A stretch of 32,575 nucleotides of DNA, taken from a virus. Taxonomy: Duplodnaviria > Caudoviricetes. The stretch covers positions 1 to 32,575 of the IMG/VR virus record IMGVR_UViG_3300026125_000013; one strand, 5' to 3'. The notes beneath the pieces are model-generated. The model was not told the origin of the DNA. It saw only the letters and a program-made list of their open reading frames with translations, and made no database searches. Positions 16,576 through 25,458 of this stretch are shown piece by piece. Each line of letters starts with the position of its first letter. Position 1 is the first letter of the stretch. The position numbers and the translations under genes are program-made.

Positions 16576-17785
16576 GATCCCTACGCCCAGGTGGGCGCTT
16601 CCGTTACTTCAACCTGCTCGCTACCTGGGAGCCTATGGTGGTCGAGGTAGCGGGAAGTCACATTTTTTCGCTGAGATGATCATCGAAGCTCATGTCATGG
16701 ACCAGAACCGCAAGACGGTCTGTATTCGAGAAGTGCAGAAGTCGATCAAGATGTCGGTGAAGGCGCTACTGGAGCAGAAGATCGAGAAGCTGGGTGTCGG
16801 AGCGTACTTCGATGTCCAAGAGTCTCAGATCAAATCTAAGCGCGGTGATGGCATTATCATCTTCGCAGGTATGCAGAACCATACAGCCGACTCGATCAAG
16901 TCGCTGGAAGGCTTCGACTGTGCCTGGGTGGAGGAAGCGCAGTCACTCAGCCAACGGTCCATCGACCTGCTGCGTCCGACTATCCGTAAGCCAGACAGCT
17001 CTCTGATGTTCACATGGAACCCCTACCTGGCGAGTGATCCGGTTGACGTTTTGCTGCGTGGCGATAACCCACCCCCAGACTCGACGATTCTCCAGGCGAA
17101 CTACATGGACAACCCCTGGTTGCCTGATGTCCTGCGCGATGAGATGGAGTACGACAAGGCGAGAGACCCAGACAAGTATGCCCATGTCTGGCTCGGTGAG
17201 TACGTCAAGAACACCAACAGCCGAGTGTTCCACAACTGGCGCATCGAAGAGTTCGAGACGGACCCTGCAGCGATGTTCCGTCTCGGTGCCGACTTTGGCT
17301 TTTCGGTAGATCCGACTACACTCATCAGATGCTACGTCGAAGGTCGGACGCTGTACGTCGATTACGAAGCGTACCAGGTCGGCTGTGAGATCCTCGATAC
17401 ACCGGATCTGTTCTTCACGGTCCCTGACGCTGAGAAGTGGCCGATCATCGCTGACTCAGCGAGACCCGAGACGATCAGTCACCTTCGCAAGCATGGCTTT
17501 CCGAAGATCCAGCCAGCAGTGAAGGGTAAGAACAGCGTCAACGAAGGTGTCGAGTTCATCAAGACCTACGACATCGTGGTCCATCCGAGGTGTAAGCACC
17601 TGATCGATGAGCTGACGCTGTATAGCTACAAGGTGGACCCTGTGACCGAGGCGATCCTGCCGGTACTGCAGGATAAAGATAACCACTGCATCGATGCGCT
17701 GCGGTATGCGCTGGAAGGTTTACGTCGAGGTGGTGCGCAGAAACCAGCAGTGGCGCGACCAATAGCCACAGTGTCTAGATGGTGA
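16556..17785 (+). CDS. terL: Terminase large subunit (PBSX/Terminase_3 type)
   Basis: YGGRGSGKS Walker A, WVEEAQ Walker B, TWNP, GADFG..DP and DNHCIDALRYA nuclease motifs. Confidence 0.96.
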   Translation: MSLSTLEIPTPRWALPLLQPARYLGAYGGRGSGKSHFFAEMIIEAHVMDQNRKTVCIREVQKSIKMSVKALLEQKIEKLGVGAYFDVQESQIKSKRGDGIIIFAGMQNHTADSIKSLEGFDCAWVEEAQSLSQRSIDLLRPTIRKPDSSLMFTWNPYLASDPVDVLLRGDNPPPDSTILQANYMDNPWLPDVLRDEMEYDKARDPDKYAHVWLGEYVKNTNSRVFHNWRIEEFETDPAAMFRLGADFGFSVDPTTLIRCYVEGRTLYVDYEAYQVGCEILDTPDLFFTVPDAEKWPIIADSARPETISHLRKHGFPKIQPAVKGKNSVNEGVEFIKTYDIVVHPRCKHLIDELTLYSYKVDPVTEAILPVLQDKDNHCIDALRYALEGLRRGGAQKPAVARPIATVSRW

Positions 17786-17791
17786 TATATT
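17763..17791 (+). promoter_or_regulatory. Possible promoter upstream of portal
   Basis: TAGCCA, 17 bp, TATATT with TG extended -10 element. Confidence 0.4.
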
Positions 17792-17819
17792 AATCGGTAC
17801 CACTCGCGAGGTAACACAA

Positions 17820-19940
17820 ATGGCCAGAATTAGCAAAGAGCAACGTCTGGCGCAAATCCATGCCGAGGCTATCGCTGAATTCGACGATATCCAATCGGCT
17901 GTCAGGGATGAGCGTCTGCAATGCTTGGAAGATCGACGTTTCTACAGCATCGCAGGTGCTCAGTGGGAAGGTCCACTCAAAGAGCAGTTCGAGAACAAAC
18001 CGAAGATGGAGGTCAACAAGATCCATCTGTCGGTCATGCGTATCATCAACGAATACCGCAACAATCGCATCACAGTCGATTTTGTCAGCAAGGAAGGGAT
18101 CGAGAACGATCGACTGGCTGACACCTGCGATGGCCTGTATCGGGCCGACGAAGAATTCTCCAGTGCCGATGAAGCCTACGACAATGCTTTCGAGGAAGCT
18201 GTCGGGGGTGGCTTCGGTGCCTGGCGCTTACGCGCAGCTTACGAAGATGAAGAAGACGACGAAGATGACCGTCAGCGCGTGATGATCGAACCGATCTACG
18301 ATGCTGATAGCTCTGTGTTCTTCGACCTGGGCGCTAAACGTCAGGACAAGTCTGACGCGAAGCGATGCTATGTGCTCACCTCCATGACTCGCAGCGAGTA
18401 CATGGAAACCTACGACGATGATCCTACCTCATGGCCTAAGTCGATCACTGATGTGAGCTTCGACTGGTCCACCCCCGATGTGGTCTATGTGGCTGAGATG
18501 TACCGAGTCGAAGAGATTCGTCATACGGTTCATGTCTACCAGACCCTGGATGGCGAGGAAGAACGCTACACCGATGATGACTTCGAGGCTGATGAGACCT
18601 TAGAGCAGACGCTCGCAGCGACCGGTGCTGTCAAGACTGGCGAGAAGAAGACGAAGAAGCGCAAGGTGCGCAAGTACATCATGTCCGGTGGCGGTGTCCT
18701 GGAAGACTGTGGATACATTGCAGGTCAGTGCATTCCGATCGTGCCGGTGTACGGCAAGCGGTGGTTCGTCGATAACGTCGAACGCTGCATGGGCCATGTG
18801 CGTCTGGCGAAAGATGCGCAGCGTCTGAAGAATATGCAATTGAGCAAGCTCGCTGAGATCAGTGCGATGAGCACTGTCGAGAAGCCTATCATGATGCCTG
18901 AGCAGGTCGCTGGCTTCGAGATGATGTGGGCAGAAGACAACCTCAAAGACTACCCATACCTGTTGGTGAATCCGATCACCGGCATGAATGGTGAGATGCA
19001 GCCAGCCGGACCAGTGGCGTACACCAAGTCTCCGCAGATCCCACCAGCGATGGCAGCACTGCTGCAGATCACTGAGCAGGACATGCAGGATGTTCTGGGT
19101 AAGCAGGAAGCTGGCGAACAGCTACAGCCGAACGTCTCAGGTAAAGCGATCGAGCTGATCCAGCAGAAGCTGGATATGCAAGCGTTCATCTACATGAGCA
19201 ATATGTCGAAGGCGATCAAGCGTTCCGGTGAGATCTGGTTGAGTATGGCCAAAGATGTCCTGGTTGAGCGTGGTCGCAAGATGAAGACGCTGAACAGCGA
19301 GTATGAAGCTGGTCAGGTCGAGCTGTCGATGCCTACCCTGAACGCTGAGACCGGTCAGGTAGAGTACGCCAACGATCTGCGCGAAGCGAAGTATGACATC
19401 GCTGTGAGTGTTGGCCCGAGCACCAGCAGCAAGCGAGCTGCGACCGTGAAGGCGATCACCGGTATGCTGGCGATGACGCAAGACCCAGAGACCATCCAGG
19501 TACTCACATCGATGGCGATGATGAACATGGAAGGCGAAGGTATCGAAGACGTTCGCAAGTTCTACCGCGACAAGCTGGTCAAAATGGGTGTGGTCGAACC
19601 TACCCAGGAAGAGCTGCAAGCGATGCAGGAAGCGATGCAGAACCAACAGCCAGACGCGAACACGATCTATCTGCAGTCTGCTGCACAGAACGAGCAAGCG
19701 AAGGCTAAGAAGGCGCAAGCGGATACACTGCTGGCACTGGCTAAAGCTGAAGAGACGAAAGCGAAGACAATGGAAACCATGTCGAGCATCAAGTCAGAAG
19801 GTCAGAATCGACTGATCAAAGCAGCCGAGCAGGTGCGTCAGACTGCTGGTGCTCTCGGACAGGGTGCGCCACAGCCAGGTCAGCAAAATATGCAGGGTAT
19901 GAGTACGGAAGATTTGATCCGTATTGCCGGAGGTGAATGA
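17820..19940 (+). CDS. Portal protein (P22 gp1-like)
   Basis: 706 aa after TerL; EDRRFY..GAQW, NKIHLSVMRII.E.R.NR, GGFGAWR, IPIVPVYG, G.VRLAKDAQRL.N, SGKAI, YDIAVSVGPS, Gln/Ala-rich barrel tail. Confidence 0.93.
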   Translation: MARISKEQRLAQIHAEAIAEFDDIQSAVRDERLQCLEDRRFYSIAGAQWEGPLKEQFENKPKMEVNKIHLSVMRIINEYRNNRITVDFVSKEGIENDRLADTCDGLYRADEEFSSADEAYDNAFEEAVGGGFGAWRLRAAYEDEEDDEDDRQRVMIEPIYDADSSVFFDLGAKRQDKSDAKRCYVLTSMTRSEYMETYDDDPTSWPKSITDVSFDWSTPDVVYVAEMYRVEEIRHTVHVYQTLDGEEERYTDDDFEADETLEQTLAATGAVKTGEKKTKKRKVRKYIMSGGGVLEDCGYIAGQCIPIVPVYGKRWFVDNVERCMGHVRLAKDAQRLKNMQLSKLAEISAMSTVEKPIMMPEQVAGFEMMWAEDNLKDYPYLLVNPITGMNGEMQPAGPVAYTKSPQIPPAMAALLQITEQDMQDVLGKQEAGEQLQPNVSGKAIELIQQKLDMQAFIYMSNMSKAIKRSGEIWLSMAKDVLVERGRKMKTLNSEYEAGQVELSMPTLNAETGQVEYANDLREAKYDIAVSVGPSTSSKRAATVKAITGMLAMTQDPETIQVLTSMAMMNMEGEGIEDVRKFYRDKLVKMGVVEPTQEELQAMQEAMQNQQPDANTIYLQSAAQNEQAKAKKAQADTLLALAKAEETKAKTMETMSSIKSEGQNRLIKAAEQVRQTAGALGQGAPQPGQQNMQGMSTEDLIRIAGGE

Positions 19941-22900
19941 TGTCCACGACAAGTGCTGTAGCTAAGGCTGCTAGTAAGGAGCTTGTTGAACGCGCATTGA
20001 AAGGTGATAAGGTCGCTGATGAAGCGATCAGGCTTAAGATCAAAGCGTTTCACGGTTCACCTGCAGACTTCGAGCAGTTTCTTGATGAGTACATCGGTAC
20101 TGGTGAAGGCGCTCAGGCCTATGGTTACGGTCACTACTTCGCTGAGAATCCTGAAGTTGCTCGCTGGTATAGGGACAACCTCGCGTCAGGTGATCTTAAT
20201 GAGGCCGGTCAGAAAGCTCTGCAGGAGCACATGGAAGAATGGGCCAATGTGAAGGTCGAACCCTGGAATCGTTTGAAGCAGATCGAGCGATCTCAGACAG
20301 CATTGCAGAAGCAACTCGATGATCTGCCACCCTTCCCAGAACCACCTGAAGGTACGACTAGCGAGTTTGATTGGCTATTCGACGATCCTGCTGTTAGCCA
20401 ATGGCAGGACAAGTATGGGGCAACAAGCCGACGATTGAGGGAAGATCTAAATGCGCTCGAGAGCGAGCGTTTAGATCTAATGAAGAATAACCCAAGACTT
20501 GCTGCTGGTGATCCAGTGGAGCAGGTTAAAGCCGATTGGCTCAACAGCACACAGGCTGACAATGCCAAGTTTAGGTTCTTAGCTGAAGCTGATGATAGCT
20601 TGTACGAGTCTGGCAAACTCTATGAAGTAGACATCGATGCTGATCCGAACGATCTGCTTGATTGGGATAAACCGTTAAGTAAGCAGACCGATAATGTTAA
20701 GCAGGCTTTGCTGCAGATAGCAGATAGCAATCCTGGCCTATTCGATAAGGACCAGACACGCATTCTACAGGGTAATCCGAACACTGCGTTTGGTACTATC
20801 TGGGGTGATATGTCAGGCCAGGACGTATATAAAACATTGTCCGAGCGTTTCAATCGTTACCCTGACACTGACTTTGGCGATCCTAAATCACCTGAAGCTG
20901 CTTCAAAACTACTGGAATCTGTTGGCATTAGAGGTATCAAGTACGCTGATGCGACATCGCGCAAAGCCGATGGTGGTACTAGCAACTTCGTCGTATTCGA
21001 TCCTCGCATTGTTAGTATCGCAAAGAAGTATGGTCTGACTCTCCCCCTGGCAGCTAAGATTTTCACCACAGCAACGGCTACCGGTGTAGCACTCAATACA
21101 CCTGACGCTGAAGCATCGTTCGTCGGTCAGATGGCGCGTAGTTTTAAGGCGCAAGCGAGAGAGCTGGCCGAGCAGATGGAAACTGCAGGTAAGTCGAGAG
21201 ACGCTATCTGGAAAGCCACTGGTGAAGAGTTTGGTGCGCCTATGATGCGTGGGGCCGATGGCCAATGGCGACAAGAAGTGTCTGATGAGTTCATGCAACT
21301 CAAGAAGAACCCAGAAGTCGAAGGTGTCGCGCAGGAATTAGCTGATGCGGTGCAATTCACCACCGAAGAGAACGGTGTGATCGCTGCGCGAGTTCAAGGT
21401 GATCAGTTCCGTACAATGGGTGCCTTCGGTGACACTGAAGAAGAAGCGTTCAAGAACCTACTGCGCAATACGCTCAAAGATCGCAACATCCAAGTCAACG
21501 TATTCGAGCCTGGTAGCCAGATGAATTGGCTAGACGATATTGTCGAGGGGTTTGGTGCGCAAAGTGACTATAACTTGGGTGATGTTGATATATCGAGCAA
21601 CACCAGAGAACCGTCATATCGAGGCGCGTACTTCCCAGATAGTGACACTATCGACATCCGTTATCACAACCCGATGGGTACTGGACCTCGCACTGATGAG
21701 GATATGCTAGGCACTATCGCTCACGAGCTTCAACACGCCATCCAAGAGCGAGAAGGTTTTGCGCGTGGTGGTAATACCGAATCTATGGAGCGCGTTATCG
21801 AACGTGCCAGAATGGACCTTCGGTATGCAGAGGAAGAATTCGCGAACGCAAAAGAAGGTTTTGAGCTGACGCTTAAGAATCGTGGTTATGATAACTTCCA
21901 GGATTTGTCTCGCACTGCGTATCAGATGAACGAGATAGACCGATTAAAAGGTTATCTAAGCACTTACTATCAAGGTGGTAAACTCACCGATAAGCGTAGG
22001 AATATCTTCAATTCTGCCGGTTCTATCATGGACCCGAACGATGAATATCGTATGCGTATGGATATAAACTGGTCCAAGCGTCATCGTCCACAAGCCGAGC
22101 GTGATGCGCAGTATGCTCAGTATATCGAGAATGCCATCAAGTACGCTGAAGAGCGTCTCGATCCAACTCTGGTTGAGCAGGTTCAAACTTCCGGTGTGAA
22201 GAATCCTTACGCTAAGTATCAGCGTGAATTGAACAAAGCGAGATCTGCGGCTCAAGAGTCATTCGGTGTAGAAATGAATGATGCTAGGCTGCGCGTGAAT
22301 GACTTGAACAACTTCCTATCTCGTTACGAATACTCGGGTGGCTCCGGTTTATACACCGACTTAGCAGGTGAAGTTGAAGCTCGCACTGTGCAGGAGCGTC
22401 TGCGTATGTCTATGCAGGACCGTATAGATAATCCACCCTGGACCGGTAAGGAATGGGGTAGAACCCCTGAGTACCAGCAGGTGGTGGTCGATGAATATGG
22501 TATGCCGAGCAATGTGCGTGGATTAAGTAACCAGAGATCTGCGAGTCGCCAGGTCAACGCTGAAATGCCTTCTTGGATCGATGAGATCGAAGGTATGGCT
22601 AACATCGATGAGAATGGCATGATGACCGTTTATCATCGCACTACGCCAGAGCAAGCTGAACAGATTCGTAAGACAGGTGTATTCACCCCTAAAGAAGATG
22701 GAATTTTCTTCTCGACATCACCAAGAGGTCAAGCTGAAGGGTACGGTACTGAGGTGGTGGAGATGAAGATCCCTGCTAATGAGCTGCAACTCGATGATCT
22801 ATTTGATGATGAGGCACATCTGCGATTACCGGCTAAAGCGAACAAACCTAACAACATAGGTCGATACCTCGCTGGTGGTGCAGCCATAACAGCTACAGGC

Positions 22901-23479
22901 GCAGCAAGTGCTAATAGCTACGGTGTACTTCAGTCTGACCAGAGACAAGTCGCAGAGACACCCTGGAAGGATGAACAGCCCAAGACAGCAGCGGCCATGC
23001 TGCAAGAGTCTGCAGATGCGTTCGATCAGTCGATGACGGACCCTGAATGGTTCGATGTGAACGAATACCAGTCGCAGTACTCCGACACACCAGGGAAGTT
23101 CGCTCGCAACCTAGTGGATGTATGGGGTGAGATGGGCCGAGGTATGCTGACAGGTCTGACCGGTACGTTCGGTGACCTAGAGACGCTTTTGGTGGGTGGT
23201 CTGATTCCTGGTATCGTCGGAGCTGCTGAAGGTGAAGGTTTCGTTGATTCGGCAGTCACTGGCTTGGCGACTTATGATTCGGTCATGCCGACAGCGGAGG
23301 ATATGCGCCAATACATCCCATCACCACCAAAGATCGGTAACTTACCTGCGGAAGATTTCCAGACAGTGCTAGAAATCGGTGAGATGATAGCGCCAGAACC
23401 AGGTCAACCTCTTGGTATCATGAAGAGCGCGATCCCACCTAAATTCGGGCCGCAGATGTTATTGCGTCCAGCACAATAA
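19937..23479 (+). CDS. Large polyvalent protein: ART-like domain, LPD23, zincin metallopeptidase, second ART-like domain
   Basis: AFHGSP..F..F..IGTGEGAQAYGYGHYFAE...GIKY...NFVVFD; IWKATG..RGADGQWRQEVSD; HELQHAIQ..EGF..GG and LAGEVEAR; VYHRT..AEQI..TG..GIFFST. Confidence 0.78.
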   Translation: MMSTTSAVAKAASKELVERALKGDKVADEAIRLKIKAFHGSPADFEQFLDEYIGTGEGAQAYGYGHYFAENPEVARWYRDNLASGDLNEAGQKALQEHMEEWANVKVEPWNRLKQIERSQTALQKQLDDLPPFPEPPEGTTSEFDWLFDDPAVSQWQDKYGATSRRLREDLNALESERLDLMKNNPRLAAGDPVEQVKADWLNSTQADNAKFRFLAEADDSLYESGKLYEVDIDADPNDLLDWDKPLSKQTDNVKQALLQIADSNPGLFDKDQTRILQGNPNTAFGTIWGDMSGQDVYKTLSERFNRYPDTDFGDPKSPEAASKLLESVGIRGIKYADATSRKADGGTSNFVVFDPRIVSIAKKYGLTLPLAAKIFTTATATGVALNTPDAEASFVGQMARSFKAQARELAEQMETAGKSRDAIWKATGEEFGAPMMRGADGQWRQEVSDEFMQLKKNPEVEGVAQELADAVQFTTEENGVIAARVQGDQFRTMGAFGDTEEEAFKNLLRNTLKDRNIQVNVFEPGSQMNWLDDIVEGFGAQSDYNLGDVDISSNTREPSYRGAYFPDSDTIDIRYHNPMGTGPRTDEDMLGTIAHELQHAIQEREGFARGGNTESMERVIERARMDLRYAEEEFANAKEGFELTLKNRGYDNFQDLSRTAYQMNEIDRLKGYLSTYYQGGKLTDKRRNIFNSAGSIMDPNDEYRMRMDINWSKRHRPQAERDAQYAQYIENAIKYAEERLDPTLVEQVQTSGVKNPYAKYQRELNKARSAAQESFGVEMNDARLRVNDLNNFLSRYEYSGGSGLYTDLAGEVEARTVQERLRMSMQDRIDNPPWTGKEWGRTPEYQQVVVDEYGMPSNVRGLSNQRSASRQVNAEMPSWIDEIEGMANIDENGMMTVYHRTTPEQAEQIRKTGVFTPKEDGIFFSTSPRGQAEGYGTEVVEMKIPANELQLDDLFDDEAHLRLPAKANKPNNIGRYLAGGAAITATGAASANSYGVLQSDQRQVAETPWKDEQPKTAAAMLQESADAFDQSMTDPEWFDVNEYQSQYSDTPGKFARNLVDVWGEMGRGMLTGLTGTFGDLETLLVGGLIPGIVGAAEGEGFVDSAVTGLATYDSVMPTAEDMRQYIPSPPKIGNLPAEDFQTVLEIGEMIAPEPGQPLGIMKSAIPPKFGPQMLLRPAQ

Positions 23480-23490
23480 GGAGAATTAGT

Positions 23491-24306
23491 ATGGCCAATG
23501 CGTCAGATTTTCAGCCAGACAACGAAGATTTAATCATCACCGACTACTTCAACCATGCTGCGATTGAGATTTATCGCACCTATGGCGATCGCGTGAAGAT
23601 AGCGCGTAAGTCGCTGCACAAATTCGGCAGAAACTCAGGTGTAGGTGCAACTGAGACAGATGTGAACTACTTGGGTATTGACCCTGTTCACAGTGCGACC
23701 AACTCTATCGACACAGTGTCGAGTGAAAACGCAGGTGATACAACACAGACCCTGCGTGTTGAAGGTTTCACCATCAGCAATAACTCACTGAAGTTTGTCG
23801 CGCAGGACGTAGCACTTAACGGTCAAAACAAAGTGACGCTGGCGACCCCTGTATCGCGTGTGACTCGTATTGCGAACGTAGCTGGACCTATCGCAACTTT
23901 GGGCGATGTCTATGTGTATGAGGATGGTGCGATCACCAACGGTATTCCTAATAACCTAGACACTGTGGGTAACGTAATGCCTGCTGAAGATCAGTCTACG
24001 CTGTTCGCAGGAACGTCTGTCGCTTGTAACAACTACTTCATCTGCACTGGCTATTGGTCGTACCTGGGTAAGAAGACTGCAGCCTATGCGGATATTCGCT
24101 TCAAGATTCAGACGGTGGGTAATAACTTTTACCGTACATTGAGCATCACAAACATCTCGAACTATTCAGGTATTGAGCACCGATTCGCGCCATACCTTAT
24201 CATTCCACCCAACACCGATATCGACATCACTGCGGTGGGTTCGACTACCGGTATTGATGTGTTCGCTGGGTTCGATGGTTTCTTCGCTGATATCGTCACA
24301 GGGTAA
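23491..24306 (+). CDS. Hypothetical beta-rich protein, possibly virion-associated
   Basis: 271 aa, AAGGAG RBS, Thr/Val/Gly-rich; KFGRN, VSSENAGDT, VALNGQ motifs. Confidence 0.6.
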   Translation: MANASDFQPDNEDLIITDYFNHAAIEIYRTYGDRVKIARKSLHKFGRNSGVGATETDVNYLGIDPVHSATNSIDTVSSENAGDTTQTLRVEGFTISNNSLKFVAQDVALNGQNKVTLATPVSRVTRIANVAGPIATLGDVYVYEDGAITNGIPNNLDTVGNVMPAEDQSTLFAGTSVACNNYFICTGYWSYLGKKTAAYADIRFKIQTVGNNFYRTLSITNISNYSGIEHRFAPYLIIPPNTDIDITAVGSTTGIDVFAGFDGFFADIVTG

Positions 24307-24311
24307 TCACT

Positions 24312-24722
24312 ATGAAGGTTAGAGATCAAAAAGGATGGGCCATCGAGGTCGATGAGTACGAGAAGGTCGTTCAAGCGATCGATAACTTTAGTAAAGGTTC
24401 TGCCGATCGATCAGCCAAGCAGTACGAAGTGATCATCATGCTGATGGGTAAGCTGCTCGATGCGAATAAAGCGAATAGCGATAAGATCGCTGCAGCGATT
24501 GATGCGAGCACCCAGGCGATGGCGACGATCGCTGAGAGCGTCAAGACCCTGGCCGAGGCTGAAGGTAGTGAGAGCTATGGTGAAGAGCTGATGCTATTGG
24601 TGAAGCAGATCGGTACATTGGTACCGATTCCTTCACCCCCAGCAACGTATGAGTTCACAGTCACCAGAGATCGCAATGGCCATATGAGCAGCGTCTCGGC
24701 TAAACCAACATCAAACAACTAA
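24312..24722 (+). CDS. Hypothetical coiled-coil protein with C-terminal beta-hairpin (YEFTVTRDRNGHM)
   Basis: 136 aa, tight spacing with neighbours; Ala-rich heptads, Pro linker, hairpin. Confidence 0.6.
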   Translation: MKVRDQKGWAIEVDEYEKVVQAIDNFSKGSADRSAKQYEVIIMLMGKLLDANKANSDKIAAAIDASTQAMATIAESVKTLAEAEGSESYGEELMLLVKQIGTLVPIPSPPATYEFTVTRDRNGHMSSVSAKPTSNN

Positions 24723-24733
24723 GGAGCTGACAC

Positions 24734-25111
24734 ATGGCTTTTATCACTGACAATGCGTTCGACAGCGGTCTCAGCTACCTGACGACGAATGGCGAGACAA
24801 TCTACATCTGCAGCGCAGAACCGACCACCTATACCGAAGCGAGCAGCACCAATAAGCTCGGCACCAAGACATCAGCGACTGTGGGATCACCTACTTCCGG
24901 TGCGACTAACGGTCGTCGTGTGATCGTATCAGCGATCACTGATGGCACAGTGGACACTACCGGCAACGCGACCCACTGGGCGCTGTGTAAGGACTCAGCG
25001 ACATCTGAGCTGCTGGCTACAGGTGCGCTGACCGGTGGACCGATCTCTGTGACAGGTGGCAACACGTTCACCCTCGACGCGATTTCGATCACTATTGCTG
25101 ATGCTGTTTAA
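24734..25111 (+). CDS. Putative small virion structural / fibre-associated protein
   Basis: AAGGAG RBS; ICSAEPTTYTEA, GRRVIVSAITDG.V..TG.ATHWAL, VTGGNTFTL beta-sandwich-type pattern seen in phage structural genes. Confidence 0.6.
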   Translation: MAFITDNAFDSGLSYLTTNGETIYICSAEPTTYTEASSTNKLGTKTSATVGSPTSGATNGRRVIVSAITDGTVDTTGNATHWALCKDSATSELLATGALTGGPISVTGGNTFTLDAISITIADAV

Positions 25112-25458
25112 TGTGGAAAATCTTCTACGACGATGGTTCAACCTACTCTGACCAGGATGGGACCATCGAAACAGCACCTAAGCTCGGTGTTATCATTGTG
25201 GCATCGAGTGATCCTGATGTGGGTAGGAAGTATGATCGAAGCTGCGATCATTACGTCTGGCACTCATACGGATGGCGTGGTGTAGACCAATTCGGTCTGT
25301 ATGACTACCTGTCGCAGTCAGGTAGTAAGGTCGTGCTGTTCGGTAGGACCGTTGAAGATCGTCGATGGAAAGAGATCTGGCAACAGGCCATTGATGACGA
25401 TTATCTGCCCAGGAAGTCTGCCTGGCATAGTGATGAGGCTGCGCTGAGAGATGGGTAA
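25111..25458 (+). CDS. Hypothetical aromatic-rich protein
   Basis: 115 aa, TAATG coupling; WKIFYDDGS..., Trp/Tyr/Asp-rich. Confidence 0.6.
   Translation: MWKIFYDDGSTYSDQDGTIETAPKLGVIIVASSDPDVGRKYDRSCDHYVWHSYGWRGVDQFGLYDYLSQSGSKVVLFGRTVEDRRWKEIWQQAIDDDYLPRKSAWHSDEAALRDG

Noticed and set aside
118-19940. Several proteins end in Gly-Glu (IGE, RGE, GGE)
   Set aside because: Those codons form the Shine-Dalgarno (GGAG/GAGGTG) of the next coupled gene, not a protein motif
19920-19945. Programmed frameshift fusing portal to the polyvalent protein
   Set aside because: No slippery heptamer; the GGAGGT RBS and ATGA overlap explain ordinary translational coupling
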